Shown here piece after piece: positions 59,393-64,000 of a DNA stretch of 64,000 bases. The notes beneath the pieces were generated by a model. It ran no database searches. It saw only the letters and a program-made list of their open reading frames with translations, and had not been told where the DNA came from. How positions within the stretch are numbered: position 1 is the stretch's first letter; each line of letters opens with the position of its first letter. The stretch comes from Camelus dromedarius. Taxonomy: Eukaryota. A program made the position numbers and the translations under genes. The stretch is from contig NC_087455.1 of assembly GCF_036321535.1 (NCBI RefSeq), forward strand, positions 1,302,001-1,366,000. Reading direction: 5' to 3'.

Positions 59393-61070
59393 CGGTGAGG
59401 GCAGCGCTGAAGGCTCAGACTCGGCCTCAGGTCAGTGTGTGTGGGTCCCGGGGCTCGGCCCTGCTCCCCTGTAGGAGGGGTCACAGATCCCGGTGGCACC
59501 GCCCTTGTGTTCCGCCCGGCAGAATAGCATCCCTGCCCTGGGGTCCCATGGCCTCCTCTGCGCACCTATCAATCCCTCCTGCGGGCGTCCCCGTCAACCC
59601 CCTGCACGGTGCCGTATACCGCCACCTTCCTCTGGGACGGATGGTCCCCTGCACCCACCTGACATCTTCAGCGCTGAGATTCCTGCCCCACCTGGACCCC
59701 ACCTAGCATCCCCTCTCCTGAGTCTTGAGGCTCCCCAACTCCCAGCTCATACACTGATGCCTTGTAAATTCTACGTTTATTTAAATTAAGCCCCTAGGAG
59801 CATCGGGCATTTCAGGCTACAACAATTCGCAGACCTGACATTCCCTTATCTTTCAGTTAGTCAGCACCATCAGCGTGTGAGTCAGGAGGGCAGCGTGGAG
59901 GTCTGACCAGGCCGTCGCTTTCTTGCCCTCAGCAGAGAGGGAGAGCAGGCTACAGGCGGCCGTGGAACTTGGCCCTCTGCACCCTTTCCTGACCTCCGCG
60001 CTGGAATGGGGTGGCGGTGGGGTGGGTCAGAGTAATCCGGGATCCAAAATAATCCCCAGGATCTTTTTTCCAGAGATCTCCTCACGTGGTTTCTTTCTGG
60101 TTCACACCAAATGAGGCTCCTTACCGCACGTGTTTGGAGCCGACTCACCCACGCGGTATTACTAGTGCAGCTACTCGCTAATTCACGATGGTTATTGATC
60201 TGAGACCCGCCGCACTGGATTGTCACATATGCTGGCAAGTTCAAACACTTCTGTGGAAAAACTATAAATGTAAGATTAGTTTCATTTGCAAAGAATACAC
60301 ATTTTGCCTGAATTGGGAGTGAGAAGAAGGCGTCAGCGAAGTTGGCCCCGATGGCCCAGTTCTCCCGTCATCTGGTTTCCTTCCCGCGCCATCTTTGCTC
60401 TATCGGGGCAGCGGAAGCAGTGGGAAGGGCCGCCTGTTTTACTGCTCATTGACTTAACCGTGTTCTTATCCGCACAGAAGTCTCTGTACCTCGTAATACT
60501 GTGCTTAGCAATCCAAAAATAGTCTAAATCCCATCCCCAGCCCGTTTCACCTGTTTCCTGCAGAAGCCTTAGATTCCCCCACCCAGGGCTATGCAGTCAG
60601 ATTCAGGACCTTCAGTCTCTAACTCTAGAATTCAGCCTCTTGTTCAAATATTTTCTGCTCTGTGCATGATTCTCATAATGGGTTGAATCTGGGCTAGAAT
60701 ATATACAGCACTTTTTTCATCCCTGGCATTTTATTTAAAATACTTGAAACAGTAAAGCTGAAAGAACTTACAGTGCATTCAAGGATACCTACCACTGGAG
60801 TCTACGCCCAGGGCCTCATGCATGTTGAGCGTGCACGCTACACTGACCCGTCTCCTGCTCCTTCTGCAGCCGTTCTTTAACTCAGACCATCTTTTGAGTC
60901 ATTTTAAGCTGAGCTGCAGATATCAGCATTCTTTCCCCTACAAACTGCAGCAGTTTGCCTCGTATGATTCCTGCTTTGTGTCCTATCTAAAAATTCTTTG
61001 GAGAACTCAAGATTGCAAAAATTGTTCCTGTTTCCTTCTAGAAGCTTTCTGGTTTTGTATTTAGATAAGT

Positions 61071-61229
61071 CTTTTTTCTTTTCTTTTTTTTTTTTGGAGG
61101 GGGAGGTAATTAGGTTTATCAATTAATTTATTATTGTTATTTATTTATTTGATGGAGGCTCTGGGGATTGAACCCAGGACCTCCTGCATGCTAAGTATGC
61201 ACTCTACCACTGAGCTATACTCTCCCCTC
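61071..61229 (-). mobile_element. Full-length Vic-1-like SINE with target-site duplication TAGATAAGT (61062-61070 / 61230-61238)
   Basis: Reverse complement reads GGGGAGAGTATAGCTCAGTGGTAGAGTGCATACTTAGCATGCAGGAGGTCCTGGGTTCAATCCCCAG followed by an A-rich tail. The TSD is visible. Confidence 0.9.
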
Positions 61230-62404
61230 TAGATAAGTTTTATAGCTTATGGTTAGATCTGTAATCTCCTTCAAATGGATCTTTGTAAATGGTGTGAGGT
61301 AAGGGGAAAGTCACGTTTATGTTTTCTCTTTTTTCCTGACTTGTTTTTTGCATATGGTCGCGCAGCTCCACTTGTTGCAGAAGCGGTCCTTTCTTCATTG
61401 TATTATCTTGGCACCATTGTCTAAAGGCCATTGATCGCACGTGCAGATCTGTTTCTCAGCTCTTTGTTTTGCTCTCTTCCGCGATGGCGCGTCTGAGCTT
61501 CTTGCAGCGTCGCCCTGCTTGGTCACTGCGGCTTTCTAGTAAGTCTCACAGTCAAGTAGCTTCAGCCTTCCAGCTTTGCTCTTCTTTTTCCAAATTATTT
61601 TGGCTGTTCTAGGGCCTTCACTTTTCCACCTAAATTTTAGAATCAGTTGTTAATTTCTATGTTAAAAAAATACACTTCCAGGGATTCTGACTGAGATCAT
61701 GATGAATCTACAGACCCATTTAGGGAGAACTGACATCTTAGCACTAGAAAGTCTTACGGTCCAGGAACATGGTGTCTCTCTCCACTTTTTAGTGCTCACT
61801 GCTCTTTAAAATTCTGTTCATCTGGTGATGCTGCGACCTCAGCTTCCTGGTGGGCTGATAAATTAGACATTTGTGGTTTATCTGGTTTTCTCGTCTTGCA
61901 GTTGTGTTTGTGGTTGTTCAAGCGGGAGACAGGTTCTCTTGAGGCTTTCTACTTCCTAACCAGACAAACTGAAAAAGACTCAAGCAACAATAAATCCTGA
62001 AAGGCATGATGAGAGCCACCCACACCTTCCAGGGCGCTCCGAGGGCCCAGTCACCGACATGCTGCCACGCAGATGTGTGGACACACAAAGCAACTGGAAG
62101 GATACAACCCACAAAGAGAACCAGGCAGAATTAAGACAGCGTAAGGAGCATCTCAGGTCAATAGTGGACGGAACAGCCATTCTAAATGATGGAGTCAAGC
62201 TAACTGGGCCGCCATCTGAAAAAACACAACGTGGAAGGAGGAGTTCCAAATGGATCAAGGATTTAAATAGGAAAAGGAAAAGGAAAACAAGACTTCTGGT
62301 AAAGCTATCAGAAGAAAATATGGAAGAATTCATTTATCACCTGTTTGGAGGAAGGTTTTTTTTTAACTACCACTCAGAATCCAAAAGCGTAAAATAAAAG
62401 GCGG

Positions 62405-62950
62405 TGACAAAGATCTTCTCCTGACCAAACTCCAGCCAGGCTTCTCTAAGTCATTTCTCAGCTAGGCTTCAAGCTTGGCTGTAAAGACTTGAGCAGTCGC
62501 TGAGGTCACTTCTGACAGCCCCAGGCCACATCCCTGGGGTGATCCTCCCCAACCCTGCCCCTGCCGCTTGCCTCAGAGTACAGCCTGAGAAAACTCACAG
62601 CTGCCCGAGCTGCGTGCCAGCTGGCGCCTGAAGATGGGCCCCCACTCCCAGCCCCCCTGGGAAGGGGCAGGGGCTTACCGTCAGTAAGTGCCAGTTAGCC
62701 GGCCCAGGTAGCAAACACAGGGACCAACCTTGTGTTCCTGCTGTGGGAATTTTCACTTCCCTGACTCTGCTGAGCCCCCCTCACCACCTCTCTGCTCCCT
62801 CACTCTTGCTTTGAAATGCCCAGTCACGCCTGTGTCAATCCAAGTGGAGGTCGCTTCACACCGGTTCTCTTCCCCACCGAAAAGGTATGTTCATGGTTAA
62901 AATCCATCCTTACTACTTTTAACTAGTGTCTGGCTTTGTTTATCTTCGAC
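62405..62950 (+). mobile_element. MER31-like ERV1 LTR inserted in an old L1 (about 61930-63450)
   Basis: Starts TGACAAAGATCTTCTCCTGACCAAACTCCAGCCAGGCTTCTCT, matching my recollection of the MER31 5' end. Confidence 0.6.
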
Positions 62951-64000
62951 CATGAAGAAGCAAGCACTTCTGCTCTGCAAAAATGCCAAGACCTGTATCG
63001 AATAGGAAAAAAGTTTTTCTGCCTTTTTATCACAGAGAACTGACTACTGTTATGGTCCATAAAGAAATCGACAGAAAAGTATTTGGGCAACGGACTAGAA
63101 TAGAGAACACAGAAAAGGGAATAGAAGTACCCACCTGAAATACAAAAGCTTGCTCACCGTCACTCGTAATTAGAGAAATGCAAATTCGTACTACAGGGCA
63201 CAGGTCTTGCCCACCATCCGGATCGGTGAAAATCCAAAGCAAGGAGGACGTGCTCTTTTCGACGGTGCTGCGGGGACAGGCACTCACACCTCAAAGGTGG
63301 GAGGACGAAACGGAGGTGGCTATGGGGCAAACGCATCCGGACTGCAAAAAAGTGGAGCCGGCGGCAGGCAGCCTCGTCGCCAGGAGCCTTCTTCCCGCGG
63401 ACCCGCACGCGTGAGGCGTGACGTGCGGCTTTCCGTCTGGTGCGACGCGCTGGCCACAGCACAAGGCCCATCGGAGCAGGCTGTGCGAACGCACGGTGCT
63501 ACATCCAGGCCGCAGCACGCTCTGCCGCCCACCCTCACAACCAGAACCCAAACCAGGAGCGCTCCCCTGCGGAGGCAGAGGCGCCGGCCAGGCCTGCCGG
63601 GAGGGCTGCGGGAGGAGAGCGGCTCGCCGCGCGCGCTCCTCTGGGGCCACGACCTGGGAGAAACCAGCACGCAGGCCCGCGGGGCCCAGGAGGGGACAGG
63701 CCGCAAGCACCTGTGGGCTCCCGGTGCCCTCTCCCCGTGTGCATCCCGCCCAGAGGGGGCCGACCCCTCTCCCCTTTGACCCCCACCTGCCAGACAGCAG
63801 GGGGAACTTGGGGAACATTCCTGAAGAAGGGGTAGCGGGGCAGCCTGGAAGGGGGCGGAGTGGGCATGCCTGGGGGCATGAGTTCGGGGGGCCTTGCGAG
63901 AGGAGGGCCGGCCTCAGCATCAGGGGCAGGTGCGCGGGCGGTGGGACTGCAGCCGGCCTGGGGTGGGCCAGGCACTGCAGGGGTACCCAAGCCTTCCTGT

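Noticed and set aside
63862-63883. Possible p53 element GGGCATGCCT-gg-GGGCATGAGT (human GML is a p53 target)
   Set aside because: Only one half-site is perfect, the second has two mismatches and a 2-bp spacer, and it is far from the intact GML gene. Such matches are expected by chance.

Overview
This is mammalian genomic DNA, most likely from a camelid, judged from Vic-1-type tRNA-derived SINEs and artiodactyl-like CYP11B and L1 sequences. It is the orthologue of human 8q24.3 in reverse orientation. Three intact genes can be reconstructed exon by exon: LY6E (minus, CDS 11800-12641, 130 aa), GML (minus, CDS 30474-35347, 156 aa) and a single 9-exon CYP11B steroid 11-beta-hydroxylase (plus, CDS 44903-50184, 503 aa). 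The 29-59 kb part is a rearranged CYP11B-GML duplication. It holds a decayed CYP11B exon 8-9 remnant (29281-29713) and an orphan GML last exon (55589-55884). It also holds a 2.4-kb near-identical direct repeat (29718-32133 / 54833-57247) and a 2.8-3.0-kb near-identical inverted repeat (39607-42561 / 56587-59345) that brackets the whole CYP11B gene. A 660-bp segment is present three times with the middle copy inverted. The most striking element is a GC-rich minisatellite at the putative GML promoter whose repeat unit contains a perfect heat-shock element (nTTCnnGAAnnTTCn) next to a GC box. There are 5 perfect HSEs in the left copy and 4 in the right copy, so HSE arrays lie on both sides of CYP11B and in front of two oppositely oriented, anciently paralogous first exons. 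The rest is old L1, LTR and SINE sequence, CpG islands and two N-gaps. Repeat family names and cross-species comparisons are from memory and were not computed. The near-identical duplicates need long-read confirmation because the assembly is gapped.
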